A stretch of 51,266 nucleotides of DNA. Source: Girardia tigrina (Eukaryota). The position numbers were made by a program, and so were the translations under genes. The notes beneath the pieces are model-generated. The model had not been told where the DNA came from, ran no database searches, and saw nothing but the letters and a program-made list of their open reading frames with translations. The stretch is from positions 1 to 51,266 of the forward strand of contig MQRK01225404.1 in the NCBI GenBank assembly GCA_001938485.1. Reading direction: 5' to 3'. The first letter of the stretch is position 1; each line of letters starts with the position of its first letter. Positions 49,708-51,266 of this stretch are shown here, one piece after another.

Positions 49708-50929
49708 AAGTTAGTCACAACATCTCTCTCTCTTTTTAATAGTTCTGGATATAATCTTTCAAATGTTTCGGGTTTCTTCGTAGTCTCCAGGATCTTCGAA
49801 GCGCTTCTTCCAGATTGTTCTCCGCATCTTCAGATTATTCCGAGGGAGTTACCTGAACCGATGTGTAACTAGGAGTTCTAGGAACCAATTTCAAATTTCG
49901 GGTATTTATTTCGAAACCATCATTCATGTCAAAGGTATACGGACCAACTACTTTAACCAATCGCCGCTTATTGCCATTAGGTGTAATCACTTCATCACCA
50001 ACTTTGAATGGATTCTTTTGCAAAGGTTTTCGGCGATTATTAGCATAGTTTGCTTGAGCTCGCTGTTTATAGAGTAAAGTGAAATACTCTCGCGATGGGT
50101 CTTTATTTCCAGCTACATCCAAACATCAAATAATGTGGAGATTTTTCAGTTGTATTATGTTTGGTGGCTCCATAATTCCGGACATACTCCCACAAATCAT
50201 TTTAAACTTTCTCCAATGTTACAAATCCTTTGCTCTTTTCTAGCATTTTTGTTATGTTTCTCTTCATCCGTTCCACAAGCCAATTTGCTTGATGGTTGTA
50301 AATAGAAGAACACTTATGCTGAATACCATGATTAATTAAATATTCACTGAAAACATGAGAGATAAACTGTGCACCATTGTCACTGACAATACAAGTAGGT
50401 AGTCCGAAGATGGAAAAAATTCTTCCAAAAATGTATGATTTCTAGTTTCGTAGCTCGACGAACCACACGGTAGGCGGGGACTTTAGTAAAATAATCTACT
50501 ACAAATAAAATGTAGAAGGACATCCGCTCGTTTCATAATTTTGGCCTTTAATATCAATAGCGATCTGCTTCTATGATTCTAGGACCTGGTTTATCAATTG
50601 TACAGGGCTTTCTTGATAAACCTGCTGGCTACATCCACAATTATGAGGAGCTTCATCCACATCAGTGTTGAGTCCTGGCCACCAATATAATTCTCGAATA
50701 CTTTGTTTGCACTCTGTGGCACCTTGATGGCCTTCGTGAGCCAAATCAATGATTTTGTTTCTTAATCCGGAGGGAGTGATTATTCGCTCTCCTCTCATGA
50801 TAAAATCATCAACAACACTGAATTCATTAAACACATTCAAAAAAGGTTTTATTTTTGGATTCTTTTTACAAGCTTCTCCACCCTTGTCAATGTAGGTCCT
50901 AAGTTCTTGTAATATATCTTTGATAATAA
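49568..50929 (-). mobile_element. Gypsy integrase remnant with PPT and short 3' LTR (49568-49722)
   Basis: LAHEGHQG..YWWPG, GLPTCIVSDNGAQF, YNHQANW, GPY; minus-strand AAAAAGAGAGAGAGA then TGTTGTG...ACTACA. Confidence 0.88.
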
Positions 50930-51266
50930 AGTAGGGGAAAAATGGGGATTCTCCGGTAGACCCCCCCCCCATCGCCATAGGCCGTTGCCATGGTTACGTA
51001 ACCAGTTACCACGCGGGGTTGCCATGGAAACGGTCGCGATCACCTTAGCAACGGTCGCGGTTACCATGGCAACGGTCGCGATCACCCTAGCAATGGTCGC
51101 GGTTACCATGGCAACGGTCGGGTTACCACGGCAACGGTCGCGATTACCTTAGTTACGGTCGCGGTTACCATGGCAACGGTCGCGATCACCTTAGTTACGA
51201 CCGCGATGTCCCACGGGGGGTTACCGTTACCACGGCAACGGTCGCGATTACCTTAGTTACGGTCGC
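50930..51266 (+). mobile_element. Unclassified element terminus with 21-bp X-box tandem array, copy 2 (runs off the window)
   Basis: AGTAGGGGAAAAATGGGGATTCTCC, then units of GTTACCATGGCAAC or ATCACCTTAGCAAC plus GGTCGCG. Confidence 0.7.

Noticed and set aside
50849-51109. Heptad-repeat ORF MVTATIARVIATVA... (also 29870-30088)
   Set aside because: By-product of translating a 21-bp repeat
51018-51266. CRISPR-like repeat-spacer array
   Set aside because: Spacers are 7 bp and nearly invariant, there are no cas genes, and the context is eukaryotic

Overview
Very AT-rich, gapped eukaryotic (metazoan, probably protostome) genomic DNA with short introns. Most of the window is a graveyard of nested, decayed transposons: Ty3/Gypsy, BEL/Pao, Tc1/mariner, MULE, a hAT-like MITE and a foldback MITE. 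Recognisable host content: (1) two divergent, C-terminally truncated importin-7/8-like genes, each with a 25-codon first exon and a 49-nt intron that the ORF track misses; (2) an intact single-exon Atoh8/net bHLH gene, with clusters of atonal-type E-boxes upstream; (3) gene debris: a histone H4 pseudogene, a degenerate SmG copy, a RasGEF_N-like fragment and an M1 aminopeptidase N-terminus; (4) a heavily deleted 18S rDNA pseudogene interrupted by an orphan ORF between 25-bp direct repeats. The most unusual signal is a dispersed element, present twice (29980 and 50930). It starts AGTAGGG(A/G)(G/A)AAAATGGGG(T/A)TTCTCC and is followed by a 21-bp-phased array of RFX X-box motifs, possibly a Polinton/Maverick-type terminus. 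All family assignments come from motif recognition by eye; no database searches were run.
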